A stretch of 64,000 nucleotides of DNA. Origin: Callorhinchus milii (Eukaryota). Each line of letters starts with the position of its first letter. Positions within the stretch are counted from its first letter, which is position 1. The translations under genes were made by a program, and so were the position numbers. The notes beneath the pieces were generated by a model. It did not search any database. It had not been told where the DNA came from and saw only the letters and a list, made by a program, of their open reading frames with translations. This document shows, in pieces, positions 37,501 through 51,107 of this stretch. The stretch is taken from positions 56,980,001-57,044,000 of the forward strand of contig NW_024704743.1 in the NCBI RefSeq assembly GCF_018977255.1, read 5' to 3'.

Positions 37501-38568
37501 TGAAGATAAAGAAAAGGGAAATTGGTCAGATGTAACAACAATACATTGCATTTATACAGTGCCTATCACATTGACAGGATGTCCCAAGTCACTGAAAGAA
37601 GGAAAGAAAGTAGAGACTGAACAGAACAATGAATTGGAGAAAGCACCTGGGAAGAATGAGGGAAATAGCACTATTCAAAGAGAGGAGAGCTTATCCTGGT
37701 GTACTAGTTGATAACCCTCGAGATAAAAATTGATCATTCACTTCATTTATATTTGTGGGACATGGCAAAGAGCTTTGAAATGTTTTGATGATATGATAAA
37801 GCACTATATAAAATGCAAAGAATATTATTATTATCAAGAGGGTTCTCTGAGACACTAGCCTGCTGAAGGGCGCTTTATAAGTGCAAGTTGTTATTGTTGC
37901 AAAAGTGATTGATCCACTTCTGCTCAAGGGTCACACCCAAAATGTTACAGCATCACTCTTTTTCAGATGCATGGTTCCAGCATTTTCTGTTTAATTTCTG
38001 AGGACTAGAAACCACAGATTTTCCTTTCAATTCTGATAAGTTACTGATAAGTGGATCCTGCTCAATGAATCATAGATCACAGACTGGATTCACTTTCAAT
38101 TTAAATAAGCTTTCCCGTCCCTCCCAAATGATCCTCCACCTTTTCCCTTTTCTATTTCTGCTCATTTCCAGTAACCACTTCACAGTACCTCAGGGGATTA
38201 GTTTCGTAGTAATGGTTTCTAGCCAAGAAAATAACAGTCTCAGTTCAGTCAAAAAACAGGTGTCAGCCTGGCTCAGTGGTAGCTCTCTTGGCTCTGAAAC
38301 AGAAGTTGCTGGTTCAAGTCCCATTTCGCAACTCCGAGTTCAAACTCTAGGCTGACACTCAGTGCTGGGGGATTACTGGGTTGACAAAGATGCCATCTCT
38401 TTCACGCATTTTGGGGTACTGCTGGAATTCAGCCAGCCAATGAAATAATCTTCATTCAGCTTGAACTTTATACTGTAATTTATAGAGTGATAATATCATG
38501 GAAACAGGCCATTTGGCCCAACTAATCTTTGCCAAAACTTTGCAAACTATGGCCTCAAGCAACACCTC

Positions 38569-38866
38569 TAATAATAATAATTCTTGCATCTGATATAGCA
38601 CTTTTCACATCTTCTAGACGTCTCAAAGCGCTTCACAGAATATTCTGTAAATATTTGTGGGTGAAGCGCGGCAACCAATTGCACACAGCAGTGTCACACA
38701 AACAGTTGTGGATTGAAAATGACCAATTTATTATTGTTTTGTTTTGGAGGGATTATTATTAGGTGTGTGGAGTAAGGAAACTTGCCCAAGGTTTCGTCCT
38801 GCCTGGAATTGAACCCAGGTGTCTCACTTGCAAGACGTGTGCTCTAACCACTGAGCTACAGAACTC
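38569..38866 (-). mobile_element. tRNA-Ala SINE, short form, with TSD
   Basis: Full head-to-tail copy; cctcta at 38565-38570 and 38866-38871. Confidence 0.92.
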
Positions 38867-38881
38867 CTCTATTCACTGTTG

Positions 38882-39430
38882 CAACTGGCACCGCTTTCCA
38901 TCACCTCCGAAACATCGTCAGACTACGGCACTACCTCACCCCTCACGCTGCTGAAACTCTGGTCCACACCTTTATCACCTCAAGGCTGGACTATGAGAAC
39001 TCTCTCCTCGCCGGCCTTCCCGGCACCTCCCTCCACAAGCTGCAGGTCATTGGGAAGTCTGCAGCTCGTGTACTGTCCCGCACCAGGCTTCGCGACCACA
39101 TCACTCCCACCCTCGCTCGCCTCCACTGTCTCCCCATCCCCCAGAGGATCGAATTCAAGATCCTCATCCTCACCTACAAGGCCATTCACGGTCTCGCTCC
39201 CTCCTACCTCTCCGACCTACTATCCCCCTACCTACCTGCCCGTACCCTCCGTTCCTCTGGCTCCGGTCTGTTCCACATCCCCCGTCCCAACCGCCCTACC
39301 ATCGGTGGCCGGGCCTTCAGCCTCTCAGCCCCGAGGCTCTGGAACTCTATCCCCCAGTGCCTTCGCCGCCTCCTCCCTTTCCTCCTTCAAGGCCGGTCTC
39401 AAGATCTTTCTCTTTCAGCCCATTTGAGCA
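38882..39430 (+). mobile_element. Young L2 fragment (ORF2 C-terminus, tail missing)
   Basis: Near-identical to 42656-43190. Confidence 0.93.
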
Positions 39431-40234
39431 CAGCCAAAAAGCAAATGATCAATTTATCTGGGGGATTGTCCGGCAGGAGACGAGGAGAATCCTTCTTTTC
39501 TTTTTTAATCGTACTGTGGGATCTTTAGCATTAACCTGTACTGACAAATAGACCCACTGTCCTCAGTTCACAGGATATAGATGTTGCTATGACATTTTGT
39601 TATATTTAAAGAGTTTTCACTAACCAGTAAATCCGAGGTGATGGGTGGTGGGGGTGTTAGTTATCACACCTCAGACCAGTTGCTGTATTTGGACGTGTTT
39701 TAGATGATGTGCTAGTTAACATATCATGCCTTGCTATTTTCACCCCCTCCCCCAGTAATTATTTAGACCACAGGAACATGTTTTTTTTTTAAAAGTCAAC
39801 TGGGTGGCTGGCTGACTAAGATAATCCAAACCAAGCTACAAAGAGCAGTGTGGAAATTTCCCCTCATCTAGATTGGTATTAGAATAATGCGCTTTCTATC
39901 ACAAAGAGTTTTTCTTTTCCCCCATCACACATTGTACACACATATTTTCCAATCGTAAGATATCCTCTATCACGTTTTCTTTCCACGTCTAGTTTCTAGA
40001 GCCTTCCCACACAACTGACACATAAGGAATCCAACCCCTAACTTGCAAACAGGTAGTAATTTATTGTCATTCTGCAAGTTATGGATTTGGGCACTCTTTA
40101 TCTTACAGTACTTTACTAGAAAATTTATGTGATCTATTTTAAATTTCCATGTAATAAATTGCAGAAAAGAGCACCCGACTATCGCGGAAATCATGTCACT
40201 GTGACTTTGCAGTATTCAGTGAACATCAGATGCC

Positions 40235-40408
40235 AATAATAATCCCTCCAAAAAAAAACAATAATAAATTGGTCATTTTCAATCTACGACTGCTTGTGGG
40301 ACATTGCTGTGCGCAATTGGCTGCCGCGTTCGCCCACAAATATGCAGTCAATTCATTTTACAGTATATTCTGTGAAGCGCTTTGGGACATCTAGAAGACG
40401 TGAAAAGA
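40235..40408 (+). mobile_element. tRNA-Ala SINE, 3' half
   Basis: aataataatccctcc…ggtcattttcaatctacgac…gggacatctagaagacgtgaaaa. Confidence 0.88.
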
Positions 40409-41374
40409 GATGGAAGATCTTATGGCAATAATTATCCACAACGTTCTGTAACATTAATAATAATCATTATATACATTTTATATTTATAAATGTTTTTATA
40501 TTGATTTTATTTTTGTTTGGCTGTGAGAGTGACTTCCTCTGTGAAATGAATTGTTCTTATGAATGTCATAAAATAGCAGATGTCAAGAACTTTATTTTTA
40601 TAATTCAATTTTCTCTTTTCCTCTCCTGTAAGGAACAATACATGCTCAGTACATTATCATTGAGATGGGCAGTCAATCAGCATTTCATCCAAGTGGCTAA
40701 AATGTAGAATCCAGCAGGAGCCACTGGACAGTTATCAGGGAAAGGAACCCAAGCTGATTTTTCTATTCTCTAAACTGGAGTCACACAAGCCAATTGCTTA
40801 CTGCTGTTCTGGTGATATGAGTGAAGCACAGCGGAAGTGTGTTGATCCTCTTAGATGTGCAAGACGTGCATAGATTGTGTTATGCCTGTCAACAATTCCA
40901 GTGCTCTTATGAACATCTTACTTTCATGAAGATGTCATTGGAATACCTCAATTGTAAAGTGTGTAAGGTAACGCATAGGCTGGTTTGAGTTACAGGCCAA
41001 GGAAGATATGAAGGGTTTCAATGACAAATTGAGAACAATAATGTTGAAATAGTTCATCCTTTGGGGTTGAAAAAACACTTGTTGGAAAAGTGGCAGTGCA
41101 GATAGTATCGCACGCCAGAAAAAACCCTCTAGCACTACTGCAGAGAGCTCCAAGACTCTGAGGCAACTGGAGCCAAGTTTTTATTGGCTGGTACATAGAC
41201 ATAGGTTTTCTACAGGAGAACTAATTTACTTCGAGGCACTTTTTTGGGGATGGACGGTGTGTAGGGGGGGAATTGAAGTATTGGTTAAGCTGCTGTTTTC
41301 CCAACAACCTTGGAAACAGGATGTACTGCTAACACATTCCAGTCTGCATTACAGTTGACACCACTTCTAAAACA

Positions 41375-41530
41375 AATAATAATAATCCTTGCATTTGATA
41401 TAGCACCTTATCACGTCTTTGAGGTAAAGCACTTCACAGAATATATTGTAAACTGAATCGACTGCATATTTTGTGGGCAAAACGCAGCAGCCAATTGTGC
41501 ACAGCAGTGTCCCACAAACAGTTACGGATA
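41375..41530 (-). mobile_element. SINE, 5'-truncated
   Basis: Tail plus Deu-like segment. Confidence 0.85.
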
Positions 41531-42455
41531 TTGACGTTCTGTTTCTATATACCTGTACATTATAGTTCAATAGGATACCCTGAATAAGGTACACTCCCAT
41601 AACATGCTCCCTGCCATAATTTACATTTTCAATCGGTTTTAATTTAATGTCTCCATTAATTTTGATTCGAGTATCTTATACGCGTTTGTATCCAGTCAGA
41701 TTGTGTAACCGGCTATCAGGAGGAGAAGAGCTCAATGAAGCCCAGGATGACTTGCATCCAGAATTTCACTCCATCCTTCCCTGTGGAGCAGTGCCTTCTG
41801 CATACAGTGTGGATAAGATTGCAAAACTCAGCACGTGGGAAGAACAGTCAGAGACGTGCATCTACGCCTCTGCTGCACAATGCAGTGGAACACCAACAAC
41901 GTTGCTGCAGTGCCAACTGCCTTTCAATATGTATCACCACTTTCCAAAAAGATAATATCACAGGTTTGTGTGCTTCAGTCTCGGATAACAATTAAGCATA
42001 TTATAAATGAATGCAGTGATTTACGCATGGATTTAAAGTCAAGGACTTAATGCATGGATTTAAAGACAAGCTGCTAAAATAAGTGTTGCCAACATGACTC
42101 AATTTACAGGCAAAGGACATCTCGTGAATATAAAACACTGCAATATTTGAATTCAAAATCATTGCCAAATTCTGGAAACTCTAAAATGCTACATAAGCAG
42201 AGAAATTCTAGACCCAGATAGAATTTCTTCCCATGTGTTAAATATTATGATGTTGCGATTTGCATGGATGATCTTCATCTTTCAGCATTGCAGTTGGTAA
42301 AGCAGAGTTTAAAATGCCTATAAATCTTATCTAGTCTAAGATCACATTTGTAACTCTTTCACTGCACTTTACAATAAATAAAGACTAAAGTTTACTCTGA
42401 AGCACTTTGAGATGTCCGCTCAACATGAAAGGCGCTATGTCAAATATAATGATTA

Positions 42456-43358
42456 GTCCTGGACGAGAGATAACTTTCTTCAGCTCAACGTGCGCAAAAC
42501 TGAGGCCCTCCTGATTGGCTCACGTCAGCGCCTCCACACCTCAGGCGCTGACAGCATCAGCATCCAAGGCTGCACTCTCCACCTCTCAAAGCCAATCAGG
42601 AACCTCGGGGTTCTGTTCGATCCTGAGCTGTCCTTTCTCCCTCATATCCGCACCACAACTGGCACCGCCTTCCATCACCTCCGGAATGTCGCCAGACTAC
42701 GGCACTACCTCACCCCTCACGCTGCTGAAACTTTGGTCCACGCCTTTATCACCTCAAGGCTGGACTATGGGAACCCTCTCCTCGCCGCCTTCCCGGCACC
42801 TCCCTCCACAAGCTGCAGGTCATTCAGAACGCTGCAGCTTGTGTACTGTCCCGCACCAGGCTTCGGGACCACATCACTCCCATCCTCGCTCGCCTCCACT
42901 GGCTCCCCATCCCCCAGAGGATTGAATTCAAGATCCTCATCCTCACCTACAAGGCCATTCATGGCCTTATTCCCTCCTACCTCTCTGACCTACTATCCCC
43001 CTACCTACCTGCCCGTACCCTCCGTTCCTCTGGCTCCGGTCTGCTCCACATCCCCCGCCCCAACCGCCCTACCATCGGTGGCCGGGCCTTCAGCCTCTCA
43101 GCCCCGAGAATCTGGAACTCTATCCCCCAGTGCCTTCGCCGCCTCCTCCCTTTCCTCCTTCAAGGCCGGTCTCAAGACCTTTCTCTTTGACCGTGCCTTC
43201 AACTCCCCTCTCGACTCTCTACCCCTCCTCGCTCCCTCCCTTCCCTCCCCTCACCCTGACCATTTCCCCCCTGCTCGGGTCCTGACCCAACTGTACAGCG
43301 CCTTGGGATGTCCTCCCGACGTGAAAGGCGTTCAATAAATGGAATCTTGTTGTTGTTG
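42456..43358 (+). mobile_element. Young L2, 5'-truncated, intact 3' end
   Basis: NFLQLNVRKTEALLIGSRQRL, PIRNLGVLFDPELSF, HAFITSRLDY; 3'UTR hairpin; (TTG)4 tail. Confidence 0.95.
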
Positions 43359-44831
43359 TCTTGTAGTATTATTCATAAATGTTATTACTTTACTTTCAAC
43401 ATTTTTTCTTTTCATTTTCTTCTTTATTTTTCTTTCAATTTTCACTTCTCATCCACCTCTCTTGAGGGCATTGGCTGCTTTACTTGAGTACGTTTCCGTG
43501 AATGCTGATCTCCAATGTCAGCTTAGCTTAGATGGTAGCACTGCTTTCCCATCCCCCTCCCCCGGAGCTCAGCTAGCCTTCTGACACTCACGGTCTAAGA
43601 TCACACGCGAGGCATAATTACTTGGGGGAAGTAAAGGAGAACAGCTGGCACCTCTGGAGCTGTAGCACATCAGCACCTTTGGGAAAGGAAAGGAAATATT
43701 TGGAGGAGGAAAATCAAATGGAAAAGAATATTTTTCTTTCTTACAATTGGTAGCCCTAAATGTTAATACTTAAAATATCTAAGCCAAGAAAGTGGGTAGA
43801 CAATCAGTTTTCCGAACGTTTCAACAGAAGATTAACTTTTTGCCCAATTAAAGCTACACAGAATGCCTAACATTGAATGAGTCCAAAGGGATACATCCCT
43901 TTTTGGTGTCACATAATATCAACTTAACATAGTCTAGCCAAAATGTCACTTATTTTAAATTCAGCTTTGCTGTTATGCAGTAATTTTTTTTGAAAGAAAA
44001 ATGCAAAAATAGTGCATAATCCATAATCACCATTTTACTTTTGATTTCCCCCACACACAATAATATTGAGCTATGACTGAATCTATTGTGTATTGCAGAT
44101 AAAAGATGATGCAATTTCTAGCTAAATATAAGCATTTTTCCATATAAATTAGTATCTAAATCAGTGAAAATCCCATTTATTTCATGAATTTTTAAAAACT
44201 CTGACTGACCAAGTGGATTGAATAATTTGTTTTTTAGATATTGTACATTTTAAAATCTTGGGGATTTATTGTGCATTCACAGAAATTTCAAATTAATCTC
44301 AGTGGCACTGGTCCAGTGCTAAAGTGGGACAGCAATTAACTACAAGTTATCACAGTACATAACTGTACCTTTTACCCAATTGAATTATGACTTTAACTTT
44401 CACCTGATTCAATTCTTCTTTCCAGCCTGTTAGAAAAAACATCCAAAACAATAGATTTTTTAAAGAAAAAAAATCTTAAAATAACACAGCAAAATCAGGC
44501 TTGAGGTCAAGAACATACAGGAAGAATGAGCAAATGTTATTCAAATGGTGTTGTGTGTTCTCTTCTTTAATCTCTCTTTCACAGATATCTAAATGAATCA
44601 TTATGAGTAATTACACAGAGATAGCAATGGAGCTGAAAAGGAATTCCTCTTGTATAACATTTCAATAATAAAGAGGGTTATTTTTCTCTGTTTACCAATC
44701 ACAGAATTGTTTAAAAAACGTGTGGTTATAATCAGATTCCCCCCTTCACCCCACCCCATTTCAGTTCTAAGCAGACATAAAAAGATTCAGCATAATTATT
44801 GAATGTAGTAGAATAATCCCCAAAGTAACCT

Positions 44832-44990
44832 TAGAATCATAGAGGGTTACAGCACAGAAATAGGCCGTTCAGCCCATCAAGAATATTCTGGTATTTCTTT
44901 CCACATGGGCCAATTAGTCTAATCCTTAAATTCATCCTTCTGCTCATTCCCTGTACCCATTAGTATTATTTTTCAAGCAGCTATTGAAAA
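44832..44990 (-). mobile_element. Degraded CR1-type 3' tail
   Basis: tagaatcatagagggttacagcacagaaataggccgttcagcccatc, homologous to 23185-23230. Confidence 0.65.
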
Positions 44991-47293
44991 TCATTTATGG
45001 ACTCTGCTTGAACATTACAACAAAGTTTCCTTCTATTTTCTCTCCGATGCTCACCCTTTGTACTGACCTGGCTACCATGGAAGATGTGGAATGTGGCAGG
45101 TCTGTGCATAGAATAATAAATCTTTGCATTTGATACAGCACCTTTCATATCAGGAAGATGTCTCAAAGCACTCCAAATGCTTTACAGTAAAGTGACTGTC
45201 AGTTTTTAAATACCTTTACTTCACAAGTATCTGGCTCAGCGTTAAACATCCCAATTGATTTTGCACTTACAAACTTCTAGGGCAGGGCATGCCTTTTCTC
45301 CATTGGACCAGTTGGTAAAGTCACTGAGTGGCCTGTGACTGAGTCCTACAGATCTAGGACATCTTCAGTCTGATCCTCACTGTGCCTAGTTAGTTGATCT
45401 CACCCAGGGGAACAACAGCACCACTACAAATCTATCTTAATATCTGGGGGCAGAGAGGGGGAATCCAATCAGCCTTGGTTTCCTGCTCCTGATAAGAAAC
45501 AAATTAGAAGCAAACCCAATAATACCCACACCCAAACATTTCACACATGTCACATCCACCAGAATGTGAGTCAAACAGTCTCTAGTCTCTCTTTAGACTT
45601 GTTTTGTACTTGTGTTTCCTCATTGTACAGTTTAAATTATAGGTAATTGAACATCATTCATGCCTGGGGAATGTATTAACATCATAAACAGGACTTCAAT
45701 CCACTTTTCTTTGTCACAACAATTTTCTATCCTTCCCTCCTCTTTCAAAGCTGTTGGACCAATTTTGCTGGCTATTCTCCAATATTTTGCTCAAAAGGCC
45801 ATTATTAATGTATCACTGTTGACTGTGAGGCTACTTGACCTCCAGCGAGAATCCTGTCCTTACCACAAAGGTACCTCCAGCAGGTGTCAATGAAAAACAA
45901 ATAGAAGTGAGAACTCTGGCTGTTATTCATTTCCCGAACCTGGGACACATGGTCAATTGTTGTGCCCTCTCCCACCACAGGTGAGGTTAAATAGCTCAGC
46001 GCAGGCCAGGAACTGAACCTGGAACCTTCTTAGTCTACACGTCTAAGTTACTTGCTGTATAAACCTAGAGTGACGAGAGGATCTATCAGGCTGTCTATTT
46101 TATTCTGAACTATTTGCCCTAGATGAACCATTTTTCTTTTATCTAATTGGTTATAAACCCAATTTCTGCTAAATCTGTCTTAAACCGCAGAATCAATCCA
46201 TTGGCATGACAGAGAGTTCTGAAACAGCACATCTTCAAAAAAGTACAAAAGTTAAAGATTTGGATAGCAGCCACATGGCACAGCTACACAGCAGATGCAT
46301 CCCCTCACAGCTCCACACGCTGTAGTTGTCCAATTAAATCAGGGACTTTCTACATCCAGCAGTTTAACTGTATTTACATTTCCAGTAAAATGGTTGAATT
46401 CCTAGTCACACAGCAATGCAAACAGTTTGCCAATGCAATGTAAGTGAGAGAGAACAAACACTGGTTGGGGGACGTTTTAAGAGGCTGTAAGACATTTGAG
46501 GGATTCAGATGAGGTAATAAAGAGCTCATCGTGTGACAGTCGTTCAACCCCAAGAGTGCGCAGAGTACTGCCTGCAACACACTCCTAGACAAGTGCTTTA
46601 TTTTCCCTTTGATAAGATAGCCTAGCATTGTTTCCTTCGCAGAACTTTGGGAGTACACCAGCAAACACATTTATTTCTCTGTTAATCCAAGCTACCACTA
46701 CAAAATTTCCCCAATTGCTTCAATAAATGGCACGTTGAAGGGGTGTGTTACAATGTTACATTAGATGTATAATTGAAACAGCCAACAGAAACAAATGATA
46801 GGATTTTGTGGATCAAAAGGTACTGCAGTTTTACAAGTATATAAAATCTTGCAAACCAAATATTGTAGAAAAAATCTTAGCGTCTTCAATTGTTGAAGAC
46901 TTTCTGTTCTCTGCATGAATTCTCTTACAGAACAATAATCAAGTAACAAAGTTGCTAATCAGTAATCCAAGAAAAAAACTGCTTGCTTTCTTTTATTAAG
47001 GTGCACACACGTCCTCAGCCCCAGTCGCTCTCCAGTACTTTGTTTAAGTGGGGAGTATTCATGTATGATCTTAGACAGTAAGTGTAGCCAGGTTATTTGA
47101 CCATGAATTCATCATAGCCAAGCCAATCTAGTTCTGTTCAGCAGTTCTGAGCACTAACCTGCTGCTCAGTTCACCCACAAAATGCACAGTCACTACACAT
47201 TACAGTAAATTCTGTGAAGCACTTAGCGATGTCTCAATGACATGATAAGAAGCTATATCAAATGCAAGAATTATTATTCATAATGATCGTATC

Positions 47294-47647
47294 AATAATA
47301 ATCCTTGCATTTGATATAGCGCCTTATCACGTCTTCAAGACGTCTCAAAGCGCATCACAGAAGATATAGTGAATTGACTGTATAGTTTGTGGACAAAACA
47401 CGGCAGCGAATTGCACACAGCAGTGTCCCACAAACAGTCGTGGATTTAGTGACCAAATATTTTTTTTAAGGAATAACTACCCCCGGAAAAGCAATCCGCC
47501 AATCAACTAACAACCAGGTTCCTACTTACTGCTTGGTAAACAGGAGTGTGGAGTAAGGAAACTTGCCCAATGTTTCGCACTGCCGGGAATCCAACCCAGG
47601 TCTCTCGCTTGCGAGGTGAGTGCTCTAACCACTGAGCTACAGGACTC
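47294..47647 (-). mobile_element. tRNA-Ala SINE, long form; tail-to-tail with an older SINE end (47165-47280, +)
   Basis: Contains the caaccaggttcctacttactgcttggtaaacag segment shared with 3986-4359; TTGAA-loop hairpin. Confidence 0.92.
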
Positions 47648-48518
47648 AGCCTCTCATATTGCTGAGAATTGTGGTCAAGATAAATTTTCCCATTTTGCAT
47701 AATTTTGTGTGTGGATATCCCCTGACTGAGCTCAGCCCAATCTTTTGGCCTGCAGCTGACTGAAGCCAGTAGCTGCCACCATTGTTGATGCCTACCAGAG
47801 TGTTGCAATGCAGTGCTTGCTTCACGGGATATTGGCATAATTTTGAAAAAACACTGAAATGCCATGTTGCGCAGTCGGCAACCAAATGGTGGCTGCCAAA
47901 GTCTTCGGGCCAAACCATTGTGATGAAGATAGGAGTACTTTGAACCGAAAAGCAATCAATAATTAAGGATTGAATTTGACCTAAATTTTCAGTGATGTGA
48001 TAATTATCACCATAAATGTCACATTTCATCCCATAAATATTCATACTATCATTTTTTTCCCCATTTCATATTGGATTCTCATGCAACAAAAGAACATCTT
48101 TTAATGTTAAATTCACGGGAAAAAAAAATCTCATTGGATCAGCAGCCAACTACAAAATTGCATTTTTAGTGCGTTTTCAATGGAGATAAAAGGACTTGCG
48201 AGCTCATTTTCTGAAGAATTAGTAACCTTTGAGTGAGTATTATCTAACAATACTGCTCATGACTGTACTCTAAGGACACTGCAGGCAAGGAATGAAGAAT
48301 TTAGATTGCTGAATATTTTCTTCATAAATTTGAATATCTATTCATATTCTGGAAGCTTTCAGTGCTTAAAATCTCAACGTCACCAGAATCTTCCTTATAA
48401 GCAAATAACAAAATGGGTAAATTACATAATACTCAAGTCTAAAATGTAAGGGATTTACATGCCAGATGTTGATTGTGACTTACTCTTTGTGACTGAAATT
48501 ATGGGATTCATTGCAAAA

Positions 48519-48725
48519 TAATAATAATCCTTGCATTTAATATAGTGCCTTATCAGGTCTTTGAGACATCTCAAAATGCTTCACAGAATCTACTGTAAAG
48601 TGAATTGTCTCGAAGGCATGATAAGGCGCTATATCAAATGCAAGGATTATTATTATTATTTATTATTACAGCCAATTGCACCCAGCAGGATCCCACAAAC
48701 AGTTGTGGATTGAGTGACCATTTTT
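48519..48725 (-). mobile_element. SINE 3' half containing an opposite-orientation SINE tail (48607-48668, +)
   Basis: The minus-strand tail/Deu segment breaks at gtgaattg, then + strand gataaggcgctatatcaaatgcaaggattattatt…, then resumes cagccaattgcacccagc. Confidence 0.85.
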
Positions 48726-51035
48726 TGCGTGGAATTCCCTATACAATTGCAATCCAAATACTAGCAAGGACTATTTTACTGTCAGTGTTCAACATAAGGG
48801 CCATTTCTGAGACATGAAGAGAGTCTGAAAGGTGCAACAAAAGGTCAGAAAGCAAAATAAATCACTTGTCCAGGTTAATTTATTAGTGACCATGTTTAAA
48901 ACCTAGTTGTTCTGTTTGCTGTTTAAGCATCTACAAAGCATGGTGAATTCATGATGTTTAAATGACAAACATAGCAAATACTGTAGCTTAATGTGAGAGC
49001 ATTCCAGACAGAGTGCTTACTACTTATTTCAGGCCAGTGTTGTTTCGGACCATTACCATTCTAAATGATCCTTGGAAAAACAGGTCATCATAGCAAGTAT
49101 TAGTCAAAGATCATCATGGTGGACTATTAGAGGTCAGAGCATAGCCTTAAACCATTTCCAATAGCAGTGGTCCCACATTTCTGGAATTTCCTGCCTTTAA
49201 CCGGAACTCCAGTGTAGAGACAGGCAGGGAAAAAGCAATCTGCAACCTTGTGAATCTACAGTTGTTGCTATTTTTAGCTTCTCTTAAAATAGCCATTGGA
49301 ATTCACCTGGTGGCTTAGTGAGCAAAGGCATCACATCACAGAATTTAAACAATCAAGAAAAAAAATGTAGGATACTCTTTTTTTATACGATAAAATAAGT
49401 AAAAATGTCCACATCATTACTCAATAACGCAATAGTGATTGCATGGCTAGAATTAAATGTTTGCTTCAGAATAGGAATAAAATATGAAAGATATCATTTT
49501 GAAGTTTATATCAACCTTTTTAATACAGATATTAATTTAGAACCTTGAAATCCCTCCCATGTATTCATTATTATACATGTAATCCAGTAACCCAGTTAGA
49601 CTTCAGGATTGCATCTATATTACAGGAATCCATGTTCTTGATATCATATTGGATATGATGTAGAATTCAGCCTTATGCAAAAACCACAATAGTCAATAAC
49701 CCTAGTCCTTTACACCTAGTACTTGCTCATTTCTGAGATCATCTCCTTCCCCACTCTCCAGTTCACACCCATGGTTAACTTGGGCCCGCTCCACACCCCC
49801 TGCCTCCTCTGGGCTACCATAGGTGGCTGAGCCTTCAGTTACTACGGCCCTAATCTCTGAAATTTCCCCTGTCTCATCCCCTCTCTGTCTTTAAATTCCA
49901 CCTAAGAAACTACCCCTTCGTTCGTACCTATGGTCTCGCCCTCCTTCCCCTGCTCCTTCGCTTGACATCGCACTCCTCCCTTGTGAAGTGCTCTTTGACA
50001 TTATTGTGTTAGTGCTATACTGTTGGCACCTGCACATTGTTATTTTCCACATGTGTAATACAGTCTAAATCTCACTATTCACAATTGATAAACTTGCCTT
50101 CACTTACTTTAATGCTCCTAAATTTTTACCTATTAATAACTTTTGAACAGCACAAGGACTTGAGGACATGGGTTAACTGTCCAGTTTTAATGAGGACACT
50201 GGCTGAATACAAGCTCCATCTGAGAAAGTGCACAGGAACTGCACCCAACCAACAGGTGCACTCATGGACATTACAACTCTAATGCTCTATTATTGTTAGC
50301 CAGGAAGTGTGTTATTACAAGTAGCACTGATCATGCTGACTTCCTTCCCCAATGTTTTACATAGTTGCAAGAGGAAATAAAATATGGATTTGAACCTATA
50401 TAGGTCCAAACCCAATAGGTTAGCATCAACAACAAGACAGGAAGCAGCTGCAAGAATCAGGATTCAGGATATGTAGAGCAGTAATGTAGCAAACGTTGAT
50501 TAAAAGGCAACTGAATGTTAATTAACTGCATCCATTTATGGAATAGCCACAATGTGTTAATGCTGTAAATGTTTGCACTTAAATAACATTAGAAAAGTGA
50601 ATAAAGTTGTTGTGCATATTTAATGTAATTTTAGATCTTAAGGTTAAAAAATGTATTAGCATAACTCAGCAACAAATTGGGGGTGCACTGATTTTAAAAG
50701 AATGGATACCCCTTCTCTTCACACCCTCCAAAAACTGAATGTTCTTTCACATTGTGTCTACACAGGTGTGGTGCTTGGAAATAACATTACATCAGTGTTC
50801 TTCAATGTACTTCCCAGAATAAATCTGAATAACTATAGAAGAAATGGATGTGTTACGATAAAGGCTTAAATATTTCAGCACAGCTCTCTCCAGGCTGGCA
50901 TTGGAATGTAATGCTGCCGACGATCACTGGAACTCGCAATGATCTGGTGACTGATGGAACTGAGTAGCGGTTTCAAAAATGCACTTAAATGTCTGCCTTA
51001 AGTCTGTAAAATTCTAGTAATTATTTTTATGTCCA

Positions 51036-51107
51036 GCGTCTTGGGACATCCTCCCGATGTGAAAGGCGCTATACAAATGTAATTTTGTTGTTGTTGTTGT
51101 TGTTGTG
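51036..51107 (+). mobile_element. L2 tail-only insertion
   Basis: cagcgtcttgggacatcctcccgatgtgaaaggcgctatacaaatgtaattt(tgt)n. Confidence 0.85.
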
